DNA from: Eledone cirrhosa
Lineage: Eukaryota
Assembly: GCA_964016885.1 (NCBI GenBank)
Contig: OZ024740.1
Location: forward strand, 86,180,001 to 86,244,000
DNA length: 64,000 nucleotides
Direction of reading: 5' to 3'
How positions within the stretch are numbered: the stretch's first letter is position 1; each line of letters begins with the position of its first letter. The translations under genes and the position numbers were made by a program. Under the pieces are notes generated by a model that was given only the letters and a program-made list of their open reading frames with translations, ran no database searches and was not told the DNA's origin. Below, in pieces: positions 37,381-49,212 of this stretch.

Positions 37381-40300
37381 TATTATTACTTTTTTTTTTT
37401 TTTTTTTTTTTTTTCCAATTCAATGATGTTCCAGAACAATGTAAACGAGATAATTGCCAATTTGGGTTCTGGAACAAAAAGGATCATTGGCAATAAGGGC
37501 AGGGGCCCCAAGTTATCACAACCTGGGCCCGCCCGTCATCGTGCCATTGTAATAGAGCCAAACAGGGCATTTAGTCTTGGCTGCTGGAACGTACGGACGC
37601 TGCTTGACAGGGATTCTTTGGAGCGTCCTGAACGAAGGACCGCTCTTGTTGCGAAGGAGCTTCGACGTTACGATCTTGACATCGTGGCTTTGTCTGAGAC
37701 GAGGTTAGCTGGAGATGGTCATCTTACGGAATTTTGTGGAGAATATACATTCTTCTGGAAAGGAAGAGATGAAGGAACCAGAAGAGAGGCTGGGGTAGGA
37801 TTTGCTGTTAAGACTGTACTGGTGAATAAATTAGAAGAATTCCCAGTGGGGATTAGTGAGCGTCTTATGTCCATGAGAGTTCCGCTGGACAAGGGAAGAT
37901 ATGCTACCCTGGTGAGTGTGTATGCTCCAACTATGAATTCTGTCGATGAAGAAAAACTGTCCTTTTACCATGCCTTGAAAGGTGTTTTAAGAAATATCCC
38001 TCAGGCAGACAAAGTCATCGTGCTTGGTGACTTTAATGCTAGAGTGGGTAGGGATTTTAACACATGGAATGTAATCGGAGGGCATGGGGTGGGAAAGTGT
38101 AACAGCAATGGTATGCTCTTGCTGCAGATGTGTGAGGAGCTGGATCTGTGTGTTACCAACACCATGTTCCAACAAAAGAACAAATTCAAGACCACATGGA
38201 TGCATCCTGCATCTAAGGAATGGCATCTTTTGGACTACGTCCTAGTCAGGATGCGTGACAGACAGGATGTGCAGTGTGTTCGTGTTCTTCGTGGAGCTGA
38301 GTGCTGGACGGACCACCGCCTGGTACGCGCAAAAGTGAATCTAATCACCAAACGTAAAATCCGGGCTCCTGGTGTTACCCTGCCCAAAAGATTGAATGCT
38401 GCTCGTCTTAAGGATAAAAATGTGAAGAGGACATTGGAAGAAGAGATGCAGGCTGCAGATCTTGGTGAGGATTGGCCGACCCTTAAAAAGTCGGTTTATG
38501 ATGTAGGCAGACGTGTTCTGGGATTGGTGCAGAGAAAACATCAGGACTGGTTTAATGAGAAAGATGTGCATATAGATGACTTGTTGGCTGATAAGAGGCG
38601 CGCTCTGTCACGCTACTTGACGGCAAAACCACAGGAGAGGAATACGTTGCATGAGGAGCTCAGGGATGTAAAATCACGTGTTAGGCGGAGTCTTTCTCAG
38701 ATGAAGGATCAGTGGTGGAGTGAGAAGGCTGGTGAGATACAAACTGCGTCTGATTGCAATAACACAAAGCTGTTGTACAGTCTCTTGCGTGAGGTTTATG
38801 GACCGTCTTCTTCTCTGGTGACACCGATTCGCAGCAGGGATGGCAAAGAACTTCTTCGTGACTCACAGGGAATTCTACGAAGGTGGCGAGAGCACTTTGA
38901 TGATCTTTTGAATCAGCCGTCTGTCGTCAGTGAAGATTTCCTCAATCTCATTCCGGAAAGTCCTGTGAAAGTAGCTCTCGCAGAACCTCCGACACTTGTG
39001 GAGGTTGCAGTGGCTATTTCGAAGCTGAACAGTGGAAGATCTCCAGGTATGGATGGCATACATGCTGAGCTCCTACAATATGGTGGTGAGAGACTCCTAC
39101 AACATCTTCACTCTCTGTTTGGAAGGATATGGGCTAATGAATCCGTGCCTGAGGACTGGAGAGATGCAGTAATGGTGGTCTTGTACAAGGGAAAGGGTAA
39201 CAGGAATGATTGTGGGAACTACAGAGGTATATCATTGCTTTCTGTCGTGGGGAAAGTTTTATGTAGGGTGCTTCTGGACCGTCTGCTGACACACATTGCA
39301 GATTGTGTCCTTCCTGAAAGTCAATCTGGTTTTCGTGTTGGACGCGGCACTACTGATATGATCTTCTCAGCTAGACAGCTCCAGGAGAAGTGCATTGAAC
39401 AGGGCTTGGATCTGTATCAGGTTTTTGTCGATCTGACAAAGGCTTTCGATACTGTCAACAGAGATGCATTATGGAAGGTTCTCCAGAAACTTGGTTGCCC
39501 TGATAAGTTCCTTGCTTTAGTTAGGTCTTTCCATGACGACATGAAGGCTTGGGTTAATGTCGGAGGTAACATGTCGGAGCCTATCTCAGTAAAAAATGGA
39601 GTGAAACAGGGGGATATTCCAGCACCGACCCTGTTTGCCATATACTTTGCAATGGTTTTCTGTATTGCATTCAGGAATTGGGAGCATGGTGTTTACATCC
39701 GATATCGAACCTCAGGCAGCATATTTAACATCAGGCGCTTTGCTGCGAAGACAAAAGTATTTACATCAGTCATAAGAGACCTCTTGTATGCAGATGATTG
39801 CGATCTTGTAGCGCACACAGAGAGTGATATGCAGCACATTTTGAATGTATTTTCTGACGCTTGCACTGCCCTGGGTTTGACTGTCAGTCTCAAGAAAACC
39901 GTCGTCATGTACCAACCTGCACCTGGTAGGCAGTACACTGAACCAAACATCTATGTGTATGGCAAACGACTTGGAGTGGTTGATCAGTTTGTCTACCTGG
40001 GAAGCACTGTCAATCGATACGGCAACCTTGACAGTGAAATCTCACTTAGGATTAGGAAAGCAAGTGATGCTTTCGGAAAGCTAGAAAGGCGACTCTGGGG
40101 TCGGCGAGACATATGCAGGAGGACAAAGGTAAAGGTGTACAGGGCATGTGTACTCTCTTGTCTTCTTTATGCCTGCGAGACCTGGGTCACATATCGACGC
40201 CACCTTAAGCAATTGGAGCGTTTCCATCAGATGTGTCTCAGACGGATACATGGCGTTCACTGGAGGGACCACATCAGTGATGTCGAGATTTTGGAAAGCT

Positions 40301-40976
40301 CTATGTGTGACAGTATAGAAGCTCTTGTGCTTAAGCAGCGACTCCGTTGGAGTGGTCACCTTGCCAGGATGAAGGATTCTAGAATACCAAAACAACTCTT
40401 CTATGGAGAGTTGGTTAAAGGAAAACGACCGCCACATAAACCAAAAAAGAGGTATAAGGATTCCTTGAAGGCCTCTCTGAAAGACGCTAACATCTCTGCT
40501 GATACATGGGAAAATATTGCTGCTGATCGTAGTAAATGGAGAAAGACTGTATATGAGGGAAAAGTTGCCTTTGAGGCATCTCGAATCGCACACGAGAAAG
40601 TAAGGCGGGACGTGAGGAAGGGTATTGCTGTTGCACTTCCAGACGGCGAGGGTCCTCCTATGTTTCTGACATGCAGCGTCTGTGCGAGACTCTGCCTAAG
40701 CAAAGCTGGACTCGAAAGTCATCTTCGCAGTCATAAAGTAAGACCAGTGGTTGACTACCAGGCTGCTGTTGGAGATGCTACTCATCATGCTTGCCAAACA
40801 TGTGGTAGAGAATGTAAATCAGCAGGAGGACTCAAGCGACATGCAAAAGTACACGAACTCCAACCACAGCCGACTATTCCCAGTAAATGTTTTGGTTGCC
40901 GACTCTGTGCAAGACATTTTAGATCATTGGCTGGGCTAAAAAGCCACATTCGATCGCAGCACTGTTAGTTGCTATC

Positions 40977-41020
<44 letters not shown>

Positions 41021-41099
41021 GCTTATGTGCGTGCGTGTGTGTGTATATATATATGAATATGTATATTATTATTGTTGTTGTCGTTATTATTATTATTGC

Positions 41100-41148
<49 letters not shown>

Positions 41149-41270
41149 GTTATTAATGTATGTGTGTATATATGTGTGAGTGTATGTGTATGTATGTGTG
41201 TGTGTATATATGTATGTATGTGTATGTATGTGTGTGTGTATATATATGTGTATATATATATATGTGTATA

Positions 41271-41303
<33 letters not shown>

Positions 41304-41331
41304 CTTTTCCCTTTTTTTTTTTTTTTTTTTT

Positions 41332-41382
<51 letters not shown>

Positions 41383-41435
41383 TTTTTTTTATTGTGCAAT
41401 GGCCATACTCGATAACGAGGGGGCAGCCATCATAT
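37037..41435 (+). mobile_element. Near full-length RTE-clade LINE
   Basis: Structured 5' UTR 37037-37320, intact ORF, 3' end gccatactcgataacgagggggcagccatcatcat. Confidence 0.9.
37423..40968 (+). CDS. RTE-clade polyprotein: APE endonuclease, RT, three C2H2 zinc fingers (1181 aa)
   Basis: CWNVRTL, ALSETR, VYAPT, LGDFNAR, TDHR; NYRGISLL, FVDLTKAFD, GVKQG, LLYADD; CxxC...HxxxH three times at the C-terminus. Confidence 0.96.
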   Translation: MMFQNNVNEIIANLGSGTKRIIGNKGRGPKLSQPGPARHRAIVIEPNRAFSLGCWNVRTLLDRDSLERPERRTALVAKELRRYDLDIVALSETRLAGDGHLTEFCGEYTFFWKGRDEGTRREAGVGFAVKTVLVNKLEEFPVGISERLMSMRVPLDKGRYATLVSVYAPTMNSVDEEKLSFYHALKGVLRNIPQADKVIVLGDFNARVGRDFNTWNVIGGHGVGKCNSNGMLLLQMCEELDLCVTNTMFQQKNKFKTTWMHPASKEWHLLDYVLVRMRDRQDVQCVRVLRGAECWTDHRLVRAKVNLITKRKIRAPGVTLPKRLNAARLKDKNVKRTLEEEMQAADLGEDWPTLKKSVYDVGRRVLGLVQRKHQDWFNEKDVHIDDLLADKRRALSRYLTAKPQERNTLHEELRDVKSRVRRSLSQMKDQWWSEKAGEIQTASDCNNTKLLYSLLREVYGPSSSLVTPIRSRDGKELLRDSQGILRRWREHFDDLLNQPSVVSEDFLNLIPESPVKVALAEPPTLVEVAVAISKLNSGRSPGMDGIHAELLQYGGERLLQHLHSLFGRIWANESVPEDWRDAVMVVLYKGKGNRNDCGNYRGISLLSVVGKVLCRVLLDRLLTHIADCVLPESQSGFRVGRGTTDMIFSARQLQEKCIEQGLDLYQVFVDLTKAFDTVNRDALWKVLQKLGCPDKFLALVRSFHDDMKAWVNVGGNMSEPISVKNGVKQGDIPAPTLFAIYFAMVFCIAFRNWEHGVYIRYRTSGSIFNIRRFAAKTKVFTSVIRDLLYADDCDLVAHTESDMQHILNVFSDACTALGLTVSLKKTVVMYQPAPGRQYTEPNIYVYGKRLGVVDQFVYLGSTVNRYGNLDSEISLRIRKASDAFGKLERRLWGRRDICRRTKVKVYRACVLSCLLYACETWVTYRRHLKQLERFHQMCLRRIHGVHWRDHISDVEILESSMCDSIEALVLKQRLRWSGHLARMKDSRIPKQLFYGELVKGKRPPHKPKKRYKDSLKASLKDANISADTWENIAADRSKWRKTVYEGKVAFEASRIAHEKVRRDVRKGIAVALPDGEGPPMFLTCSVCARLCLSKAGLESHLRSHKVRPVVDYQAAVGDATHHACQTCGRECKSAGGLKRHAKVHELQPQPTIPSKCFGCRLCARHFRSLAGLKSHIRSQHC

Positions 41436-41540
41436 ATGTATGTATATATATATGTGTGTGTGTGTATGTGTATGTATATATATATATATATGTATGTATA
41501 TATATATGTGTGTGTGTATGTGTATGTATATATATATACT

Positions 41541-41945
41541 ATGTCAGGTCACCAGCTGGTGCTACTGGTAACATGTATCCCAGTACACCCTGTCTCATGG
41601 TCGGCTCGTTGGCGACTAAACTGGCAACCCCACCAAGGTTTCTTGGGGAAGAGGGTGACTTTGGACATCCTGCAGGACAAAAACAAAACCTCTTAAAGGG
41701 CAAAGGAGCTCTTAAGAGCCAATGGCCATCCACAATCACCGGGAGAGATGACCCCTTAGCCTTTGTCAAGGCAGAATTCTAGAAGGAAAACTCTGATATA
41801 ACACCTGCAACCTTGATGGTATCCAATGTTGTTGACTTGTTCTTCTTTTTGGTAAATATCATCTTGGTTAAGAGAGTGGGACTGGCTTTGTGCAGTGCCT
41901 TTGCTCACTATAAAAGCTTCACTTCACAGGCATTGCTTTATATCT
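41541..41945 (+). mobile_element. 5' UTR of a second RTE-related family (no adjacent ORF recognised)
   Basis: Shares ctagaaggaaaactctgatata..cctgc and gagagtggga...ctcact..aaaa...cacaggcattgc with 37037-37320. Confidence 0.65.
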
Positions 41946-42186
41946 GGAGATCTCTCTGCACTTGTCGTCAAATGGTACCATGGGCCCAGCACTATGTGTC
42001 AATAATTGTCACAAGTGTAGTGTTTGTACCAGAGTTTTCAAGTCGCTGGCTGGACTAAAAAGTCATATTCGTTCAGCGCATCTGTAGGGTTTCTCCTACA
42101 TGGATATAAAGTAGTGGCCGTACTCGAAAACGAGTTGGCAGCCACCATGTATGTATGTATATATACATATATGTATATATACATAC

Positions 42187-42340
<154 letters not shown>

Positions 42341-42409
42341 ATGTATATATATATATTTGTGTGTGTATGTATATATATATATGTGTGTATGTATGTATAT
42401 ATATATATA

Positions 42410-42821
42410 TACGAGTGTAATCCCAAAAGTAAGGTCTCCGAAGCGATGGGGACGCAGAGAAACTGTTCGTACGGCTGTTGGCAACACTGTTGTGATTGGT
42501 GCTTCCTTCACTCCCAAACAAGCATGCGCGCGCTTCGCTGGGATGCTCAATCTTGGCGTGGCAGCCGTTGAGAATGGAACTCCCGTTGAACGCTACCGCC
42601 AAGTGTGAATTTTGCGCAGTTATTATATACGAGGGCAATCCCCAAAGTAAAGTTCCTTCCGAGGAAAACATCCGTAAAGATCGGCGGATCACTCTGGATG
42701 CTCTCTGCATTTCGGTTCCTGAGGTTTCCCGAAGCACCATCCACAGGATTTTAACGGAAAAGTTGAAATATCGGAAGTTGCAATATCGGAAGGAGACCTT
42801 AATTTTGGGACTGCCCTCGTA
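42410..42821 (+). mobile_element. Internally deleted mariner transposon
   Basis: TIRs tacgagtgtaatcccaaaagtaaggtctcc / ggagaccttaattttgggactgccctcgta, TA flanks, transposase relic [12 protein letters not shown]...[18 protein letters not shown]. Confidence 0.85.
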
Positions 42822-42999
42822 TATATATATATATATTTATTAAAATAACAGATTAAAGTTTAAGCAAAGAATCGATGCTTTCACCCTTAACGGGATCTTC
42901 TGAAACTAACAAAGTCAATCTGTGAACGCAGAAGTGAATATTTCAAAAAACGTTGCAACCGGAGGAAGACAGGAAGACGATACTTTGGTTTGTGGAAAC

Positions 43000-43264
43000 G
43001 TTCCCTGGCAAAGAACGGGATAAAACGAATATAATACGTCATTATTTGGAGTGGTTAAAAACAATTACACGCAAAGACAAAACCACGTTTATGGTATAAA
43101 AGAATTCGTAGACTAATATTCTATTAGGTGGTACATAGAGATGTTCTCTGGCAATGAACGGAAAAAAAGAAGAGAGTACGTCATATGTGGGGCGGGCAGA
43201 ACAATTACACGCAAAGACAAAACCACGTAAATGGTATAACAGAAGTCGTAGACTAAAATTCTAA
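43000..43264. repeat. Two diverged direct repeats of about 125-140 bp
   Basis: acaattacacgcaaagacaaaaccacgt...cgtagactaa occurs twice. Confidence 0.75.
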
Positions 43265-43537
43265 CTAGGAGACCGAATGATTCTCGGCTTCAGAGTTAAG
43301 AATAAAGTAAATAAATTACAGAGGTAATTGAAATTAAATAAATACATACACGCATCCATATACGTGAATACACACGCATACGCGAAAATACTCGCCATAG
43401 GTATACAAATACACGCACGTACACGAAAAAAAACAACAAAAAAACCCGCATGCACATACAGAACCCAAGCAACGCCTTTACCCGCACGCATACGAATGTA
43501 TAAACCAAATACACATAAATATATATATAAATATATA

Positions 43538-43680
43538 TGAGAGACGTAAAATAAGAAAATTATAAAATTAACTTACTTACTAAAATATCACTTCCAACTA
43601 ATTAGTTTCTGGAATGGAATAAATATATTTTCCGAAGAAAACATTGAGAATCATTGCGTCGTCAGGGAAGACTATTCTCA
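43538..43680 (-). mobile_element. Family D fragment
   Basis: agacgtaaaataagaaaattata...cgtcgtcaggg. Confidence 0.7.
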
Positions 43681-43807
<127 letters not shown>

Positions 43808-44187
43808 ATACATATAATTAAATAAGCGTATATAAATAAATAAATCCGTATATAACAAGCGCACACACATACCTACATATAAATACACATATGTTCGGAG
43901 ACGTACGTCAACCAAAACACAAAGTACACATATACACACACCCTACATACGTACGAACCTGCAACACAGATGCAAAACTCCAGTATACACATAACCAAAG
44001 CATATGTACCAGAATATAAAATATATACGCCATAACATATAAAATCAAATATACGTACGAGAAAGTATATGTACCAACACAAAACATACAGGTAATATAT
44101 ACTTACCTATAGAAGTAAGTAATGGTATAAACATAACATATACTTAGCTACCACATCAAGACGTAAAATATCCGCGTATAGTTCGTA

Positions 44188-46290
44188 CTATCCGTTAGGG
44201 TATAATGTGGGGCTGTAATACAGGAAAGCTTTGTGCAATTTATGTTTACAAGCCGAAATTGCCTCACATTCTTTGTTTAAGATGTGGTCTTTGGCGTAGA
44301 GTATTTCCAGGGCCTCAGCGGCGTAGAGGTCACATGGTCTTTTATTTCCGTTATACGATCTAGCCCTAGCCAGGATCTCCCAGTGTAACTTATATTGGGT
44401 GTGGTTGTCTTTTAGACTCCAGATATAAGCTGAAAGTGACGTCATATTCCTTCTTAAAGGGTAACGAAAAGAATGGGTATGCATGTAAAGACGCTGCTTG
44501 AATCTATTGGCGGTTAACTCAATGTAGGCCCTATGTAAGGTGTTTCAACCTTACATTTGTAGACAATGTTACTAGAGAGGGGGCAGTCAACCCGATTCCT
44601 ACAATTACAGTTAGTACTAACTACAGGGTTGCACGTGTTCCTACGGCTAGGTAATTTAGCTAAATTTGAAGCTGTGATGTTATATGCAAGGTTAGGAGTC
44701 GTAGAGTAAGAAATTTTAATAGTATTTCTATTAAAAATGTTACTATATTTATGTGTAGGGGGAAAATGCTTCGTAATAAGGGAGAGAAAGATATTAGCTA
44801 ATGGTGTGGCCACCTCCATATTATATGGTGGTTTATACCATATAATGCGTCGGGATCTATTTCTTCTAGGTCTATTCTCGTACTCTGTATAAGCTACATT
44901 ATCGACAAATCCACTCCGCCGAGCAAGAGCTTCATTGTAATATGTGGAATGGTCGTTGAAAATATGCTCGTTAGTAGATAGACGGGATAGCCTCAAAGAA
45001 ACGTTTCTTACCAGGTTCTTGGTTATGCTGGCAGGATGGTTAGAATGCTTACTTATGTAATTAAGCGTATCATTCGGCTTTCTATACGGGTAATGCAAGC
45101 CATTCGATAAATTGAGGCTAACGTCGAGGTAATTAACGACCGAGAGGTTGGCCTCAACCTGTATGGAGAGGTTGAAGCCTTTAAAGACGGCTGTGAGTTC
45201 TTTTCTGAACCTGTCGCAAGCACGTGGGCCGCACTTAGTCATGGTCAAAAGACCATCATCACGGTTCAAACCACCTCCCACGTAGGGAAATTCTTCCTTG
45301 ATAGTGAAAAGAAGGAAAAGGCCGATAAGATCAGTAACCTCCGCAGAATCGCTGGCGCCCATACTCGCGTCGAATGGGGGTACTATTAAATGTTTTAATC
45401 CAAATAGAGTCGTCGAAATTAATTACCGACTTACGGACATTGAGGATGACATCAACTTCGAAATCCTTAACCATTGTGAGTGTTTTAGCGAAATTGATAG
45501 CTCTAAGGAGAAGTGGTAAAGTGATGGAGGAGTAGTAATTATTGATGTCGAATTGGATAAAACGGCAATGTTCCTTGTTGTATATGCCGTTGAACCAATC
45601 AATCACCGCGAAAGAATTGTTCCACAGTGCAAGAGGGCCAAACTTCTAATTTCAGGTATAATTCTATCAAGAATCCTTTTACTAATTCTACCTAAATGGG
45701 ACTTCGTAGAGTTAATAAGCTGAATAGAGAGGTTGTTCGGAAAATTGGATTTATGATCCTTCAGGGTAAAGTGGGGAGAAATAGGGTCCAGAGGTTCAGT
45801 CCGGTCCAGGATGTTGAGATCGGAGGTGATTTTAAACCCAGCATCGTTGATTTCATTAATGACGCTCCGATTAGTTTTACGGTAATCCTTAGTTACAGCA
45901 TTATGTAGCAGTTGATGGTAAGTACTGCGCTCCACTTGATATAGATTGCCAGTTTTGTCGGAATGGACGTGCACGACATTAGAATCCTTAATAGAACGAA
46001 TTCTATTCTTCAGGTCCTGCTGGAAGGAATTACTCCTATTCCGAAATTTGATACTCCGTATGAGTTCCAAGACATAATTTTCGAAGGGTAGCAATGCTGG
46101 GTTACTCGGATGGTTATTATAGGTTTTAAACCCAAATTTATCCTGTTTGTTGTCTGCTTTTCCCCGATTATCAAAATAAAAGGCACGCCAAGGCAACCTT
46201 TTAATGAACGTGTCTGTTTTCTGTATCAGGAGTTTTCCTGCTTGGTACGGGTATGTTCTTTGTAGAAATATTCAGTTGTTGTTTCTGCAT
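44188..46290 (-). pseudogene. Penelope-like element 3 ORF (GLYRDDG type, probably Nematis-like), frameshifted
   Basis: MQKQQLNISTKNIPVPS start, SDKTGNLY, TLKDHK, FDINNYYSSI, MGASDSAEVTDLIG, GLNRDDGL, CNCRNRVDCPL, IVYKC...YIG, LSAYIWSLK. Confidence 0.88.
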
Positions 46291-46334
46291 GATGAATATA
46301 AGTCAATAGAGTGCTCAACCGAGGGAGCCAAATA

Positions 46335-46470
46335 GTAATAATAATAAAATTTGAAGACTAAAATCCAAAGAGGGCTCGATAAGGATAAATATGGTTCTTA
46401 TATATTTGATATATATTTATCATTATCGAGCCTTCTTTGGATTTTAGTCTTCATATTTTATTATTATTAT

Positions 46471-46474
<4 letters not shown>
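46335..46474. repeat. Fold-back at the 5' end of PLE3
   Basis: gaagactaaaatccaaagagggctcgataa / ttatcgagccttctttggattttagtcttc. Confidence 0.85.
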
Positions 46475-46524
<50 letters not shown>

Positions 46525-47301
46525 TACAATAACAGAGATAGTTTAAAGCTAATCTCTGACTGGTAACCATCTCACTCAACAAACATTAGGTTATATTTTA
46601 ATATAAACCCAATTTAAGTGTTTGGGGTGCTAACAATATGTATTATGTGGAAAAGCCAGTTGTATTATTTTATGAGATATAATTAAAGTTAAAATATATC
46701 TCTCTTTACAAACAATTGTTTCATTATAAGTTTTCTACAAATTCGGAGAATATTTCCAGTTTATGTAGAAGCCTAATATACATTCATGTAAGAATATATT
46801 TAGGTGGGCGTTTATAAATCATCAGTGGAAGCCCATTAAACTTTGATATAAGAAAAACATTTCTTACCACAGTTAAAATTCGTGTCAGTTAAGTTGCTCC
46901 TTCCCGCATCGAATGACCGGCAAATTTTAAATTCCAGCAGTTTTTGACTGAGGAAGTATTATAGCGTCACTAAGCGGGAAGGGGAGACAACTACGATCCA
47001 CGAAAGGAGGAAAAAAATAATATACACGCGGGTTAATCAGTTTTTTCGAAAACATTATCAATCCAACGTGTTAAGAACTCAATTGAAATTAAAAAAATAA
47101 ATATATGCGTGTATAAATTACACACGCATATAGATATTTTCTTAGGCTAAAATCAGAGGTTGTACCTGAATAAGAAACCGCATCTCGTAACCGTAGTAAA
47201 TACGGAAAGTTATGCTTTAAAGGGCAAATGGGAATGTAAATCTCCGGCCGAATTAAGAGTAAAATATAAAACATATATATATAAATGTACCTATGTATGT
47301 A

Positions 47302-47442
47302 TGGGATTGGCTCAGTGCACAGTTTTTCCTCACTTTAAAATATCTTCACGCACAGGCATTGCACGATAGCTTTAATTGATAATTATTCATAATGTTATAT
47401 CGTGCAATGGTCATACTTGATAACGAGGGGGCAGCCATCATC
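47302..47442 (+). mobile_element. Bipartite non-autonomous RTE derivative (5' UTR piece joined to 3' tail)
   Basis: 47302-47366 matches 37247-37313; 47400-47442 matches 41391-41432. Confidence 0.85.
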
Positions 47443-48909
47443 GTGGATGTATTGTACAGTATCGGGTTCCCCATCGTAAGGCCGTAGGTTTTATTCTTGG
47501 AGAAGGCACTTCATTTCACAATGTACCAGTCCCCTCAGCTAAAGGATTCATCAATTAGGGGTGAATGTATCAATGAATAGGCATCTTGTCCTAGTCAAAA
47601 TCTTGTTCTCACAGCAGTTTACCGCCCCATACGATCTCCGATTTCATATGAGTCTGGGCCCAATAAACACTTTAATATATATATATATATATATGTACGC
47701 ACACACACACATATATATATATGCGTGTGTTGGCATGTAGGTACATATATACATATAATATATATATATATATGTGCGTGTGTGTAGGGGTGCCTGGCTT
47801 TAGAAGATCACGCCACCTATTTTTGTCTTTGGAGGCAGTCGATTAACTGCCCTTAGTTCTGACGTCACGTTCTGGCGTCAGTAGCTGAATACACTCTTTT
47901 TCAACTTTGTGTGTTGATGCGAGCAGAAGCATTTCACTGTGGTGAAACAGCGATATCACACCATGTGGTCACAGGATATTTGAACACCGCCACGAAATGA
48001 TAATTACGAATTACCAATCAAGGAGCAACTGATATGATAACCTGTTTTGCTTATTGCTCTGATTAAAATGCTCATGTACATATAATCTCGAGGTATGTTA
48101 TTTTTGCTTAATTGTTTACCTACACCTAACAACAAATAGAAGAGGTGTCTAGCAGCCAAGCTAGGGAAACGAACTCCCCTCTAAATCGTAAAACAACGCA
48201 GCCTTCTAAAATGGTGACCATCTCTCCTAAAGTGGTTGACCCCGAACATCGAACACTATAAAATGGCAACCTTCCGATAAAACATTTGGTTGAACATTTA
48301 TAAGCAAAATCTTATATCTTCTATTATGCTATTCTCTGGGCAGTGAATATATAACAAAAAAAAACAAAAAAAAACAAAAAAAAACAAAAAAAAACAAAAA
48401 AAAACAAAAAAAACAAAAAAAAAACAAAAAAAAAACAAGAAAAAATGATTATCAACATTTTTGAACATTTTTTTTTAGCAGACAAACAAAAAGAAAAAGA
48501 AGAATTCTTATTTTTTGTAATGGCCGATAATTTTCCCGCCAATTGTCTTTCTTCTCCGAAATGCAGCCATCTGATTGGCTGAGACGCATCACGTGATGCC
48601 GTCGTTTCCCGACCTTAACTGAGGAGCGTGATATGCTGTCGAGATATATATATTTTTTTTGAGAGTTCCTGCCATGATGTGATTTGTCTTGTCGACTTCG
48701 GATTGTTTTTTACAAATTCGCCGGATTAATTTCCCTGTTAAGGACACTTGAGAACATTTATTTTTTTTTCGTTCTTCTGCCTTTATGGATGTTAAGGGAA
48801 ATTTGTGCTGTTTTCCCGTTGTTCTGAACATCTAAAGAAATTTCTGCATTCTTTTTAATGCGAATATCACTTATTTTTGTACGTCCAATCTGATATAGAT
48901 GGGCAATGA

Positions 48910-49212
48910 GTGGTCAATTTACCTGCTTCTTCTTCAATTTCGAACCAGCTCATCTCGACACGCGAGGATGCCATGTTAAAAGCTATTGACACTTTGACAC
49001 AACAAGTCGCTCGTTTATGCAGGGAGAATAGGCCGTATTCCCGGCGGCCTAGGAGTCGTTCGCGTTCTTTCGCGACTCCATGTCGGCATACTACTTCGCC
49101 CGCCAGCAATCCATTATTTTGCTGGTATCGTGCCACCTTCGCGGAGAAGGCAAAACATTGCCGGCCTCCATATAAATATTCAGCTTCGGGAAATGCAGAT
49201 CAGAGACACTAA
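48910..49212 (+). pseudogene. gag: Gag C-terminus with degenerate CHCC knuckle
   Basis: RPRSRSRS...CWYRATFAEKAKHCRPP. Confidence 0.8.
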
